DNA from: Lama guanicoe | Lineage: Eukaryota | Direction of reading: 5' to 3' | DNA: 45,884 bases | Assembly: GCA_013239625.1 (NCBI GenBank) | Contig: MU054338.1 | Coordinates: 2,048,001 to 2,093,884 of the forward strand | Notes under the pieces: generated by a model | What the model was told of the DNA's origin: nothing | Seen by the model: only the letters and a program-made list of their open reading frames with translations | The model's database searches: none | Shown here: positions 9,861-23,250 of the stretch, piece after piece | Numbering within the stretch: position 1 is the first letter of the stretch | Layout: each line of letters begins with the position of its first letter | Position numbers and translations under genes: made by a program

Positions 9861-11994
9861 GGGAGTTGGGTGGGGCAGTGGCCACATGAAGGCCACACCC
9901 AGCCTCCTGGCCCAGTGCCAGCCCCAGAGCGGGTCCCCGGTCAGCACCGCTCTGGGGTCGGTCACGCGGTCAGAGGCACTGGCTTTGTGAGGCAGACCCC
10001 AGTTTGCAGTTTGCCCTCTTGGCTTCTGCCTGGCCCGCCCAGTTCCCAGCCACCCGCAGGTGTCCTTCAAGTGCAGCTGTGTCAGGCTCTGCAATGCCAG
10101 GGCTCATCCCGGGCAGTCCCTGCCTTCGGGCGTTTGGGTTCCGGGTGGAGGAGGACACCAGCCACGAGGGAGGTGGGCAGTGCTGGGGGTGCAACCTGGA
10201 AGGGGGCTGCGAGAGCCTTTCCTTGAGGGAGGTGGGAGCCCTGGAGGGTTGAAGGCAGAAGGCAGGGCCTGACTTGGGTGCCCATGGTCACCGGAGGCCA
10301 CTGCGGGGAGGACGGGCTGTCAGGGCGAGGGCGGGAGCTGAGGGTGCAGGGTGCAGGGGACTGTACTGGCAGGGGCGCTTAGGAGGGGAAGAGTGCGCTG
10401 GGTTCTCCGAGCACTGAGGAGGGGCTAGAGCAGTGTTTGTGGAACCTGGGTGTGGGCTGGACCCTGAGGGGTGCTGCTGGGATTTCCTCAGCGATTCCTG
10501 TCCCCAGGGTCAGGGCCAAAGCCCCTCAGACCTTCCTCCTGTCCTACCCTCCGATCCCCCTGGAGGCTGGAAGGAGGCTCTGGCCCCAGCACAGCCTCAG
10601 GTAAAGCTCCCCACGTCTTGGGAAAAGCCTCCCTCATCTCGTTCGACACGGACTAATGTCTCCTTTTCCACGAAACCTCGGGGCCGGCAGCCACCATCTA
10701 CGTACAGAGCTTCCGCACCCCGTTCCCGGGCGTGGGGTGTGTGCACATGCATGTGCACGGAAGCTGGAAGCAAGATTTGCGTCTAAGAGCTGTTGAAATG
10801 TTTCTCTCTGTGGGCGCCATGGACGGGCTGCAGGGGTTGGGGGAACGTCTGCACTGGCGATGCCGTAGCCAAGGCGAGAGGTGGCATGTCACCTGAACAC
10901 TCCCTGGCTCCCCTTTGCCACCCCTCCGTGCACCCCTCCTGTCCCCAGGCACCCGCTGACCACACCACCGTGGATCACTCTCATCCAACTGTGGGGACAG
11001 CCAGTATTTCTCCACCCCCTGCCCCACCGCGTGCCAGGTACCGTGCTGGGCTTGGGGACGCAGTGCCAAAGAGAGACCCTGGGGTTGGCGGGCCACTAGG
11101 AAAGATGGGTAATGAGTAAAAATTACCCCCAGGTGGGCAGTGAGGGTGCTTTTGAGTCAAATTGGAGTGACAGGAAGGACTTAGCCATGTGGAAATCGGG
11201 GACAGTATTCCAGGCAGAGGGCTTGGCCTGTGCAAAGGCCCTGGGGCAGGACCTGGCCTGGAGTGTTGCAGGACCAGAGAGGACGCCTGGTGTGGCTGGA
11301 GCAGAGGGACCGAGGCGGAGGGAGGGGGGCACGAGGGCCCCCAGGGCATTGGTGAGATGTTTGCATTCTGCTCTGCGTGATGGGGAACTGGGAGGGGTGG
11401 GCAGAGGAGGAGAGGGCTGTAGAGATATCACAGGCTCCCGGAGGACAGTTATGAAGGTGACCCCCGTCCCGTGGGCTCCCTCAGTGCCCTAGGTCCATCT
11501 GGGCAGTACCAACGATTTGGGCAAAGATGTCCTTTGGTTAGGGCACTGCATTCCCTACAGGGACCCCAAGGGAGTGGCATCTGGTGTCTAAGATCTCTTC
11601 CCAGGAGGTCTTTGTTTTAAGGCTACAAAATGCAGGCAAACGTCCTGTGAAGGCGCTTGGTCTCTCCCCCGCTGCACAGAGGCCTCACCCACTGTCCAGA
11701 ACTTTCCTGTTCTTTAAACAGTGTTGACAGGCACGATGGTGCGTTTGTGGACAGGTTTCGCCGTTGCTTTGTGTGTGGCCTCAATATCTCATACAGTCGG
11801 ATCCTGCTGTCCTTCTCTTACGCTAGCTCTTGCTTGCACGTCTTCCTCTCACATGCACCCACTCCTTTTCCCTGCTGTGTAGTATTCTGTCCTCAGAAGG
11901 TACCACAGCTTACCCACCTGGTGCCCTGCTGATGGACACACCATCGCAAGCCCCTGTAGGCGCTTCTTGGAGCACCAGGAGGAGTGTGTTTAAG

Positions 11995-12185
11995 CAGGGG
12001 TCAGTGAACCATGGCCTGTGGCCAAGTCCGGCCCATGGTTTATCTTTGTAAATAAATCTTTATTGGCACACGGCCACACCCCCCCCCAAATGTGTCTCGT
12101 CCACTGCTGCTTTCTCACTGTAGGGCCCACCAACCCCCAGTGCTTACCGTTCGGCTCTTTCCAGGGAAAGTCTGCGGCCCCCAGT
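11995..12185. mobile_element. MER58-like MITE
   Basis: caggggtcagtgaaccatggcctgtggccaagtccggccc...tttgtaaataaatctttattggcacacggccacac. Confidence 0.7.
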
Positions 12186-14039
12186 CTGCCCTCTTCTTTC
12201 TCTCCTTTCCATTGTGGGAAACCTTTGGCCGCTACCAGAGCAGAGTGGCTCTGTGGACCTTTTGCAGGGGACACATGTCCTTGGCTTCTTTCAACATTTT
12301 ATTGTCAGATCTGAGAGTCATCAATGATTGGAATCGCCTTTTGACCTACAGAAGTTTCAGCGGAAATTGCGGGGGGAGTGGGTAGGCCAATACGGGAAGC
12401 ATGGCTCCCAGGGGCTGGGAAAACGTCTCCATCTGTGGCCAGGACGCAAGGGTGTCCCACCCACACCTGGCACCACCTGGGGACCAGAGGGGACAGTGGT
12501 GTTTGCGGCTGGGGACCAGGCAGCTGGCTGTGGGGGTGATGCAGAGGCCACTGGCGCAGGGCAGCTCCAGACCAGGCCCCCAGCCCCACTCACTGACCCC
12601 ATCTCCCCGCAGTGCCACCTCCCTGCAAGCAGACAGCTTTCCGTTAAGATAAATTTATATAAGTTTGTGTAATTATTTTGAGAAACCCTGTGCTGGGAGA
12701 TAGACACTAAGCAAGTGCAAAGGCCCTGGGGCAAGTTTATGAAGCACGATCCAGAGAGCCAGGCAACCTGCCAGACACTTCCCAGCCCCGGATCCCCCGA
12801 TAGGCTCTGTTCCCACTTTCACTGCCTTTTAAGTCACAGCCCAAACCATGGACCTCCTGCCATGATGCCGATGTGACCAGCTCTCCTCTGGCTAATAATA
12901 AATCAGAGAGTCGGCCTTGAGGGCTCCAAATGCTTTCAGGTGCACAGCCTCAGTTTTCTCTGCTTTGACCCATCCCTGATACAGCTGAGGTGTGTCAGGG
13001 AATAAACTCCAGGGTGAGTATTGTTTAGGAGGTGGAATGCTGAATTTTAGCTCCCAGGGGTCAGACTCAAGCTAGACTGGGCTCTTCTACCTCAGGTGGA
13101 AGAAAGAGTCTGAGAAAAAAGCATCTTTGACTTGCAGGAGAGCTGGCGGGGCTTCATTTTTATTCTATTAAATGGCTCTCCCGGCACATCAGAGGGCCAC
13201 AGGACTTCAAGCATCCTGCTCAGGTCTCCATGGAGACAGAGCCTGCCTCCTGCCCAGTTCCACCAGCCCAGCCTGGGGCTGAGCCGAGAACCAGGGGCTG
13301 AACAGGGCCAAGGGGTGGAATGCTCTAAGACCCCTCACCCGAGCTCCGTTCCTCAGCCAGTCCTGACATCCTGCTTCTGTCTGGGGGTGGGCAGGCAGCT
13401 GCCGGTAATAGTCATGACAGCCATTTGTTTATCACTAAATACATCCCAGGGGCTGTGCTGACCGCACCCATGAGCTCACTGAATCCATGCCAAGGGCTTC
13501 ACCCTATTCACTCTTTAGTTTCACTTGGCAAATGAAGAAACCGAGGCTTGGCTGTCTAAAGTGTGGGGAAGACCGTGTGGGCTTATGGGAAGTGCGTGTA
13601 CTCCAGATTCTGGCCACCTGGGTCCAAATCCCAGCACTCTCCCTGTGTGACCTTGCCCAAATGACTTGACTTCTTTGGACCTCAGTTTCCCCCATTGTGA
13701 AGTGGATACAGGAACAGTACTTCCCTCTCACACCTGCTGCGAGGAATGGGCAGGGACCTGCATGAGCTTGCCTAGGGAGCAAGGTTTAAGGGGGCACCAA
13801 AAACGCCATCATCAAGGTAAAGAATACTTTAATGCAGTGATTTTCAAAAACTAAAATTAATGCCAAAAAAAATCCACGGTGCACAAAATGTCAACGTTTT
13901 AAATAGAATCAGAATGACTGAATTTTCCTTTGGTTCAGCATGGCACCATTACCGATCCCATCTTTGTTTTAAAATAAAAATAAAGAAAATAAATTAAAAA
14001 TTAAAATAAAGGTCCCTAGGCTGCCCCCACTGGCTCAGT

Positions 14040-14780
14040 GTGATGCTCTCTTTGCTACAGCCACTGGTCTCCCTGTTCTTCCAACATGTCACGTGGTTTC
14101 CTGCCTCAGGGCCTTTGCACATGCTGCTCCAGTCTCATCTTAGCTCAAAGGCCATCCTCTCTAAGCCTTCCCTGAATTTACCTCTTAAAGCCATCCCTCC
14201 ACTTCTGTTTCCTTCATGGCTTTTATCACAATCTAAAATGTCTAGTTGATTTGTTTGTAGCCACCACCCAGGCATTTGTTATGTGGATTGAATGAGTTCA
14301 TGAATGCCAAGCCCTTAGCACAGAGCCTGGCACCTTGACAGAGCTATGTGGTTTATCCATAAACAGGTAAATATATAGCAAATTAGAATTAAATTAAATT
14401 AAAATGAGTATAACTTGCTATGAAGGGAAAAGGAAGCTTGGGCAAGGAGGTAATAGTGGCTGAACGATTGTAGATCAGGTCTGTCCAGAGAGAGTAATGA
14501 GAGATGGAAGGTGTGAACCATGCACCATTTGGTGGAAGGGCATTCCAGGCACAGCCCGAGCAAAGGCCCTGAGGCAAGACCATGCCTCATGTACTGGAGA
14601 AACAATGAGGAAGTGTGTGTGGCTGGAGAAGGGTGAGGAGGGGGAGAGAAGGAGGAGGTGGCAGCAGGAAGGGGACGGGGGCAGGTTGTGCAGAAGGCTG
14701 TAAGGAGGACTCAGGCTTTAATTTGGGGACATCGTTGGAGAGCTCTAAGCAGGGGTGACATAAGTCCACAGAGCACTTGG
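14040..14780. mobile_element. L2 fragments in both orientations
   Basis: cctcagggcctttgcacatgctg (+) and ggcattccaggcacagcccgagcaaaggccctgaggc (-). Confidence 0.6.
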
Positions 14781-15169
14781 CCCAAATGTGTTCATATCCT
14801 TCGAAATATTTTGAGCAGTATGTGCACATGGCAAGTGTGACAAAAGATGTTACTTCTGGTTGCTTTTGATGTAACACAATGATTGCTATTTCTGTTCAAT
14901 AAGTTACAAGCTTAAAAGTGCTGAGCGCAGTGCCTAGCACACAGTATTCTCGAAGTGTTCTTTCTTGTTGCTGTTAATATTGTTATTGTTATTACTATTC
15001 ATAAGTTATATACCTAAATATGCCCAGGACAGCGCTGTAAATGCCAAGTAAGCACCCTGTAGAACTGCGCACTACTTCTAGTGTTTTTCTTGTTGTCGGT
15101 GGGAGGAGCCTGTGCCACCTGCAAGCCAGGTCTGTCCTGTCTGAAGCTTGGCCATCACCCACCCAGAAG

Positions 15170-15760
15170 ACCGGGGCTGCGGGCTCTCTGGCCTCTGTTT
15201 ACCGGCCCAGGCTGGGCGCCAGGATGCCGGATGTGGGATTCAGGATTTCCAGGTGCGATACGGGGTGCGAGCTGCGGGATACGCGACGCCCGCAGAGGCG
15301 GCCTGCGGGATGCGGGATGCCCGCGGGGGGCGCCGCCGCGGCGAGGCGCGCTCCGGCCGCCAGGGGCCGCTGCGGAGCCGCCCTTTTGTGGTCCTGATGC
15401 TGGAGGGAGAGGGCGCGCGGAGGAGGGAGGAGGGCGCGGGGACGGGGCGGGAGGGAGGCGGACCGCCATGGCCCGCCTAACGGAGAGCGAGGCGCGCCGG
15501 CAGCAGCAGCAGCTCCTGCAGCCGCGGCCCTCGCCCGTGGGCAGCAGCGGGCCCGAGCCCCCTGGGGGGCAGCCCGACGGCATGAAGGACCTGGACGCCA
15601 TCAAGCTCTTCGTGGGCCAGATCCCGCGCAACCTGGACGAGAAGGACCTCAAGCCGCTCTTCGAGCAGTTCGGACGCATCTATGAGCTCACGGTGCTCAA
15701 AGACCCCTACACCGGCATGCACAAAGGTGGGCGCCCGGCCCCCTCCCTCCCCTCCCTTCT
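15170..15760. promoter_or_regulatory. CpG island / CELF5 main promoter and exon 1
   Basis: Very dense CpG, GC box ggggcggg near 15445, strong Kozak gaccgccATGg at 15468. Confidence 0.85.
15468..15726 (+). CDS. CELF5: CUGBP Elav-like family member 5, coding exon 1
   Basis: [86 protein letters not shown](G); RRM1 RNP2 LFVGQI; aag|gtgggc donor. Confidence 0.97.
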
Positions 15761-16840
15761 CCATCCCATTCCCTCTAGACCCCCACCCCTTCTTCCCTCC
15801 CTCACCCACTCTTTCCTGCTCCTTTGCTGGGGGAGCTGCCTGAACACCGCCTCCCCTCCCTGCCCCCCCCCATTCATTCGGCCTCCCCAGGCCCCGTCGG
15901 GGAAGTTTGCACCTCTGGACTCCATTGCTTTGGTCATTTGCACAAAGCCAGGCCGGCGGGGCAGGTCCAGCCGGCCGCGGGGGACACGGTGCCCAGGATC
16001 CGGAGCTAATCGGTAACTACAAAGAAAGCGGGGTGGGGGATTGGGGGTGCAAGGCGCTAAGCCAGTCGGGGGGAGCACCGGCCTTGGGTGGTTAAAAGGC
16101 TACCGTTTGCCCTCCTTCCTGCCCATCCGCTCTGTTTAGATCAGCACCCCCCTCCGTTTCTCTGTGCCCCCACCGCCGCCTCCACCTTTGGCTCAAGTTA
16201 AAACTGGCCAAGCCTGTTAGCAGTGTGTTGAGGGCTGAGGCCAAAGACGATGAGCCTGGACCGTCCATCTGGCAGAGTCCAGATCCTGGGGTGGATGGGG
16301 AGGCGTGGGCGACCTGTGAGCCCAGCGGGGGAGGCAGGTGGGGTGGGAAGGCCTGCCCGCCTCCCTGCCACCTGATTCTCTGGTGGATGCTGGGAGGGGG
16401 TGCCAGGGACTGTGGCCTCAGCCCTGGGCTCTGATCACAGCCCAGTATCTGAATTGGGGTGGCCCTGACAGTTCTCTGGCAGGTGTTGGGGACTGGGGGT
16501 GGGGACGATGAAGGCTTTGTGTCAACACCCCTGGTGAGACCCTGGAGGGACTGTGGGGGTGGATCAGGGCCCGTGACCTATTTCAGACCCCTTTCGCCGC
16601 CACCCCGTGTCCTCCCTCAGCGTGGCAGCTATGGTGAGCATGAATAAGTGTTTGCTGAATGAATGAATGAATGAATGAATGAAGGGTCGAGACAGGCCAT
16701 AGGGAGAGTCTGGTGGGATGGAGCCCAGGACTGCCACTTCAGCTAGACCCTCCAGCTGGTACCCTGGAGGAGGAAAGCAACCCCTCCCATCCTCCATCTC
16801 TTTTCAAATCCAACCATCACCAAAAAAAAAAAAAAAAAAA

Positions 16841-17028
16841 NNNNNNNNNNNNNNNNNNNNNNNNNNNNNNNNNNNNNNNNNNNNNNNNNNNNNNNNNNNN
16901 NNNNNNNNNNNNNNNNNNNNNNNNNNNNNNNNNNNNNNNNNNNNNNNNNNNNNNNNNNNNNNNNNNNNNNNNNNNNNNNNNNNNNNNNNNNNNNNNNNNN
17001 NNNNNNNNNNNNNNNNNNNNNNNNNNNN
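16841..17028. other. Assembly gap (188 N)
   Basis: Run of N flanked on both sides by atcacc(A)n. Confidence 0.99.
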
Positions 17029-18829
17029 ATCACCAAAAAAAAAAAAAAAAAAAGGAGGGAGGGCCTGGAAAATCTAACTCCTCCCTGTGGCCTAGGAGGG
17101 CAGAAGGCTCCCACTTACCCACAAGTCAAGCTCGGGGTGTCCCCGGCTGTATGGAGGGTTCTTTCCAAAGCCCCCCACCGCCAGTGTGTCTGAAGGGCCC
17201 ATTTCTAGAAAGATTCTGATGGGGGTGAGGGTGCCCACGTGGCCCCCCAAACATTGAATTGAAAGGCTGTGGGGGAGCTCTGGGTCAGGGAGCTAGATGG
17301 GGTGCAGGGAGATGGAGATGCCAGTGGTCCTCCCCTCTTCTCATCTTTAAATCCCCCCTGGAGACCCCTCCACCCCCACTCTGAGGAGAGGTGAGGGAGG
17401 GCCTGTGGCTGAATATTCACCTTGATGGGAGCCTCAGTTTACCCAGTGTCAACAGAACAGAGCCTCACGAATGTGGGGTTATTGTCTTCCGGCTGCAGAA
17501 GGTTGGGATTGGGGGTGCTTCGGGGTGCTTCCCACCTGTGGTTTTTTCCTTGGAGGGTGAAAATTAGGAAGCTAGGTGTCCATGACACCTGGCCCTCACC
17601 CTCCACTTTGCAGGAGCCCTGGGCAGGTCTGAGCCCTAAATGCAGGGCCTGGGTGGGTAACGGGGGGGGCCTCCCCCTTGTATCCCCCCCCCATTACCCT
17701 CAGAAGAAGAATGACTTCTCCTTCTAACCCCACCTGTGCTGGGCCCGGCAGGACCTTACCTGTGAGAGGGAGCTGGTGGGCGGAGCCAGAGGTGGGGACT
17801 GTCACGAGGGCCAGCAGCTGGGATCGAGGCTGTGTGTGGGGCTCAGCTGTGTGACCTCTGGCCTGTGGCTGCCCCTATCTGGGCCTCAGCCAAAGGGAAA
17901 TGGAACGATGAATGGGAAGTTGTGGTGTCGGGGTTGGGGGGAGGTCCAGGCACCTCCTGCCAACACTTAACCTGGTTTAGCTTCTGGGAGCCTCCAGGCT
18001 GCAGGATGCATGCTGGTGGTGCTGGCTGAGAGCAGTGGGGTGGGCGTGTGGACCCCGGCTTGTGGGGAGAAAGCCTCTGACAGCCTTGTGGGCCCCAGAG
18101 CCTGGGCACCAGCAGAGCTGAAAGGGCCAGAGTGGGGAGAAGTGATAATGTCCGTCATGGCCGTGCTCACTGTCTCACCTGTGATTTTCACACTTGGGGG
18201 CCTGTTTGATCCCCCACTGAAGTGATCGCCATGGTAGTGGGCTTGTGAGCACGGATTTTGGGCAAATCTTGGGTCCCGAGGTCCCACCAGAGCCGATCCC
18301 CCAACTGTCACACCTTCGTCTCCCTCTCAGGCCAGAGGAAGCAGAAGTATATCTGGGTGATGAAAGGGTGACAGTTTCCATCCCCAACTCCCACGCCGAG
18401 GGTGAGGACCCCCAGCGGTGGTGTTGGGCAGGGGAGGGGTCTGTGAAATCCGCCAGCCATGGCCACGAATAGAGTGGGGGCCTGTGTAGTGGGGCCCATG
18501 CTGGGACCAAGAGAAAGACGGGGTCCAGCCAGGCCCCTGGGCTCTGGAGATGGGGCAGAGGTGCGGGGAGAGGAGAGGCAGTGAATGTTCCTCAGAAAGA
18601 GGGCAGGCCCATGGTCACTGGCTTTTCTTGTTCTTAAGAGAAAGAGATGGAGACAGAGAGACCGGTGGAGAGACACAGCAAGAGTAGGGAAGGGAGAGAG
18701 ATTACACAGAGACAGAGGGAGGGAGAGACCCAGGAGGGAGAGACAGGGGGAGCCTCCCCCACCCCCACACACCGGGAGAGGCAGAGAGGGTGGGAGTCAG
18801 GGAGAGGGGTGGAGAAGCGGGAGCAGGGA

Positions 18830-19440
18830 GGCCACGAGACGCCTCCCCGCACCCAGCTCGCAACCAGAGAAAGGCCTCCGTCAGCGCTCCAGAGCGGCCG
18901 GGGCTCAGGCCGGGAACTGGGGGACTCCCAGTGGCCCGTGTGCAGTCATCACCCCTTCCAGTCGCCGGCCGGGGGCCAGCTCCCCCCGAGGGGCCGGGCG
19001 CACGGGGGCGCTCCCTCCCAGGCGCCGACGCGGCCCGCCCGAGCCGGCCCTCCGCGGATCGGGCTGAGTGTTAACGCCCACCCCGCCCGGGGCAGGTGCC
19101 CGCCGCAGGGCTCGTCCGCTGCGCGGCCCCCGTGTATGGTGATCGCATATGCATTTGCATGTTAATGACAATATTTTTCTTAAAGCGGGGGTTGTGAGGG
19201 NNNNNNNNNNNNNNNNNNNNNNNNCGGCAGGGGGAGGCTGGAGCACGCCGAGCTCTGAGGCGTGAGATTCCGAGTGTGACGTGCCAGCCCCAGGGAGACA
19301 GCGGGCCGGGCGGCCGGCAGGCGCTGCCTGGCGGGGGACCGAGGGAGGGGATGGTGGTGGGGGCTGGGGCGAGCCACCGGGCCTGGCCTGGGGGCTTCGA
19401 GCCGGGCACGCCCCTCTCTGTGCCTCAATTTCCCCAGCCG
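18830..19440. promoter_or_regulatory. Intronic CpG island in CELF5 intron 1 (contains 24-N gap 19201-19224)
   Basis: High CpG density; AT-rich motif core at 19136-19185. Confidence 0.7.
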
Positions 19441-21689
19441 CCTGTTCGTCATTGGCTTAACAGGCTTTTATGAGGCCCTGGAGGCCTTACAGGCAACTGT
19501 GACATCGTTTCTGCCTTTCATCAGGTAGAGGACACTAATTGAGCACCTACTGTGTGCCGGCATTTGTGCAGGGCTGAGAGTCCAGGCAAATAGGAACCCC
19601 TATGGGGCATGACGGAGTCACAAAGATGTGACTCCATCTAGTCATATAAGCAATATTTATGGTGTGCCTGCTCTGTCCCAGGCCCCGTCCTAGACCTGGG
19701 ATACCATGTGGGGCAAAACAGATAAAAATCCTCTCCCAGACTCCACCCAGCCCCACATCCCAGATGGAGTGGGACACAGTGAGGGACCAGGAGGTTACAA
19801 GGCACCGATGTCAGGGCCTCATTGGTGGAAACACGTCCGCAGGTACAACTCAAGAGGAGGTCCCAGTCTCTGCAGGTGTGGAGAACAGGAGAGCTTCCTG
19901 GAGGAGGTGGTCAGTGTGTGAGAGCAGTTCAGATGAGTCTAGTTTCTCTGCATCTTTCCGGCTATGGAAACTTGGGCAGCTGTCTTCAAGTCTTCGTGGC
20001 TCAGTATTGCCCTCTACAGAGTCGATAGACCACTGGGACCTCCCATTTCAGCGAGGGTTGGAGGAGGTGAGAACTAAAATGGTAGTTAAAGCTCTTGACA
20101 CAGAGCTGAGCACAGAGACCATGCTTGTTATGTGACTTAGCTGAGACCTAAGGGTGAGAAGGATCTGTTGATGCGAAAGGCGTTCCTGGCAGAGGATGTG
20201 CAAAGCCCCAGAGCAACGGTGACTCTGGGGAAGTTCAGGTGGGGGGAGGGGGAAGATGGAGTTTTTGCCCTGGTGGAGCCCCAGGGTCCCCTTCTGATGT
20301 AGGACATATCTGGCAGGGGTCTTCCGAGAGGTTCTGGGATGGCGGGGGCGGGGGGTGGGCCCAGGAGCTGTCTCTGAAGTAGGCTCATGGCTCAACCTTT
20401 CACCCAATATTGGCACATGAGACCCTGGCCATTAGGAGCGCTCAGTAGGACCACACTCAGTCATTTAGCCAACATTTCCTGGAAGTCTTTTGGAGCCTTG
20501 CCTTGTACTAGGCAAGAGAAGATCTGAGACTCCCCTCATGGAGAGACAGAGCTACACATGGGCACCTACGGCTGCAGTGACAGGGTTGTGTCAAAGGGAA
20601 GCAAGGCACAGTGAGGGAACCGCATAGGGAGCTGAAGGCTCTGCCTGTGGAATCTGGCTGCATGGAGGAGGGACATTGGAACTGGGACTTTGAAGGATGA
20701 ATAGGAGCTTGCCAGGCGGAGAAAGCATTTCATTTATTTATTCACAGAAGCACTTACTGTGCTCTGGGCCCTATTTTGGCCGTGAAACAGCAGTGAGTCA
20801 GCCAGGTGAATGTCTTTGTCCTCAAGGATATGAGCAGAAGGAAGCCGATGTAAAGGGGCACAGCTGGAATACAGGAAAACTTAGGTAAGTTGGGCGATGA
20901 GGCCAGAGAGTCCACATGGACTGGTAATGAAGTGCCTCTTTGGCTGGACTGAGCCTAGGCTCTTTCCTGGGGGCACCGGGCAGCCATGGGAGAATTTAGA
21001 GCAGGGGCGGATCTCAGTTAGACCTGTGTGGAAAGAGAGCTTCATGTCCCTTTGACGGTCATTGCCACCATCAGCCTCTTTCCAGCCTCTCAGCCTCATT
21101 CAGGATAGGCACACTTCCTCCACACCTGGCCATCCAGGTAAAACAGAAGCTTCCCCTTGGGGTGAGGCCCAAAGTATGGGATGAGAGGGGTACAAAGAAG
21201 CAGACATGTGCTCAGGCTGCAGTGGTTCTTAGAGAACCCAGGTCCCCTCTCCCACATGGATCAGATGAGGAATTGGGACTCAGAGATGGGCAACATCCAG
21301 TCCCAAGTCATACAGCAGTATAGCAAGACATCACACCCCCCAGCCTGAGACTTGACCCACTGTGGAAGAGAAATTAAGGAGGCAGAGAAAGAGAGGTGAT
21401 TGTGGAGACAGACTCAGGGTGAAAGCCATCCAGGGATGCTGGCGGTCCTTGGACTGAAGGTGACCAGGGCCAGAGGGAGGGGCTGCTGGGTTTGGAAGAC
21501 ACTGACCTGGCAATAGTCCTGTTGGTCTTGGGTCGTGGTGATCATCACTGGCATGCCAACTCTGTGAGGGCAGGGACTGTGTCCTGTTCACCATTCTGAA
21601 GTGGAGCATGTGGATGAACAAGGGTATAAGGGAATGAGAGGATGGGAGGATGAGGAAGTGTTTGGATGTGGGAGAGCAGGCTGGCTAAC

Positions 21690-21975
21690 AGATGAATAGA
21701 TAATTGGATAAGTGAACAGATGAGTACAGGCATTAATGGATGGATGGGTGACAATGACTTGGTGAATGTATGAGTGGATTTCTGGATGGAAGAGTGGGTA
21801 GGTGGATGAAAAGTCTGAATGGTTGATGGATGGATGGGTGGGTGGGTAAATGGGTGGATGAATAGAAGGATGGATGGAGGAATGGAAGGGTGGATGAGTG
21901 GGTGGATGGATGGATGGATGGATGGAAGGATGGAAAGATGGATGGATGGAGGAATGGATGGAAGAATGGAATGCT
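21690..21975. repeat. Degenerate (TGGA)n simple repeat
   Basis: ggatggatggatgg tracts. Confidence 0.9.
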
Positions 21976-22754
21976 GGAGTCACCCTGTCTCTCCCCTCTC
22001 TCTCACACCACCACTCCCCTGTCCCTCCATCCTGATGGCTCTGCTGTCCAAACTTCTCCAGATCCACTCCTTTCTCCCCTTCCTCGCCTACCCCATCATC
22101 GCCCACCTGGAACATCTCAGTCTCCTCCAGCCTTATCTCCCAGCTTGCAGCCTCGCCCACTGTAGTCTGTGCTCCTTACAGCAAGTTGAAGGCATCTGTG
22201 AGCACCTGAATCAGGCCACTCCTCTGTCCACACCCTCTAGGGCTCCCACCTCCCTGGGAGAAGAGCCCAAGTGCCCCCTGTCTCCTGCAAAACTCTTTCC
22301 AACCTTCCCTGTCCCCTCCCTGCCCTCAACTCCTCCCTCTATCCCCTTTGTTCACTTTGCTCCAGACACGGGTTTTCTGGCTGTTCCTCCAACACACTAG
22401 GCTCAGTCCTGCCCCAGGGCCTTTGCATGGGCTATGCCCTCTGCCTAGACCACACTTCCCCCAGATGATCACATGCTTCCTCACTCAGCCTCTGCAGATT
22501 TCACCTCCTCAGTGAACTCATCGCTGCAGACATGATTTATAATCTCAGCCACTCTCCAGAACTCCAAATCCCTCTTCCCTACTTCCCTTTTTTTTTCTGA
22601 AAACTTCTGACGTACCATAGATTTTTCTTTTTATTGTATTTGTTTTCCTCTCCTCCTAGTAGACTAGAAGCCCTATTAAGATAGGATATTTTTGCCTTCT
22701 GTGTTCACTTCTGTGTCTCAAGTGCCTAGAACAGTGCCAGAAACACAGCAGGTG

Positions 22755-23250
22755 GATAAGTGCGTGCATGGGTAGATGGGTGAATAGATAGCTTCATGTG
22801 TGGATAGATGAATGGGTAAATGAGTTAATAGTGGGTGGATGGGTGAGTAAATTAATGGGTGATGAATGAATGGATAATGGATGGATGGATAGGTGGATGG
22901 ACACGTGGATGGAAAGGTAAATGGATAGATGGGAGGATGGTTGGATGGATGGACGGATGGATGGGTGGCTAAACGAATGGATGATAATTAATGAGTGGAT
23001 AGGTGGATGGACAGGTAGATAGGTAGATGGATGGGTGGATGGATGGATGGACAGGTGGATAGGTGGATAAATGAATGATTAATGGATGAATGGATGGATG
23101 AGTGAATAAATTAATGGGTGATAAATGAAAGGATAAATGATGGATGGATAGGTGGATGGACAGGTGGGTGGGTAGATAAATGAATGGATAATGGATGGAT
23201 GAATGGGTGGATGAGTGGATGGACAGGTGGATAGGTGGATAGATGGGCAG
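22755..23250. repeat. Degenerate (GGAT)n simple repeat with higher-order unit
   Basis: Recurring ggataggtggatggacaggt and gagtaaattaatgggtgat blocks. Confidence 0.9.

Noticed and set aside
15081..15467. In-frame upstream extension of CELF5 (311-aa ORF; in-frame ATG at 15231, +79 aa)
   Set aside because: Stop-poor CpG island, weak Kozak context and probably upstream of the TSS. ATG 15468 has an ideal context and matches the recalled N-terminus.
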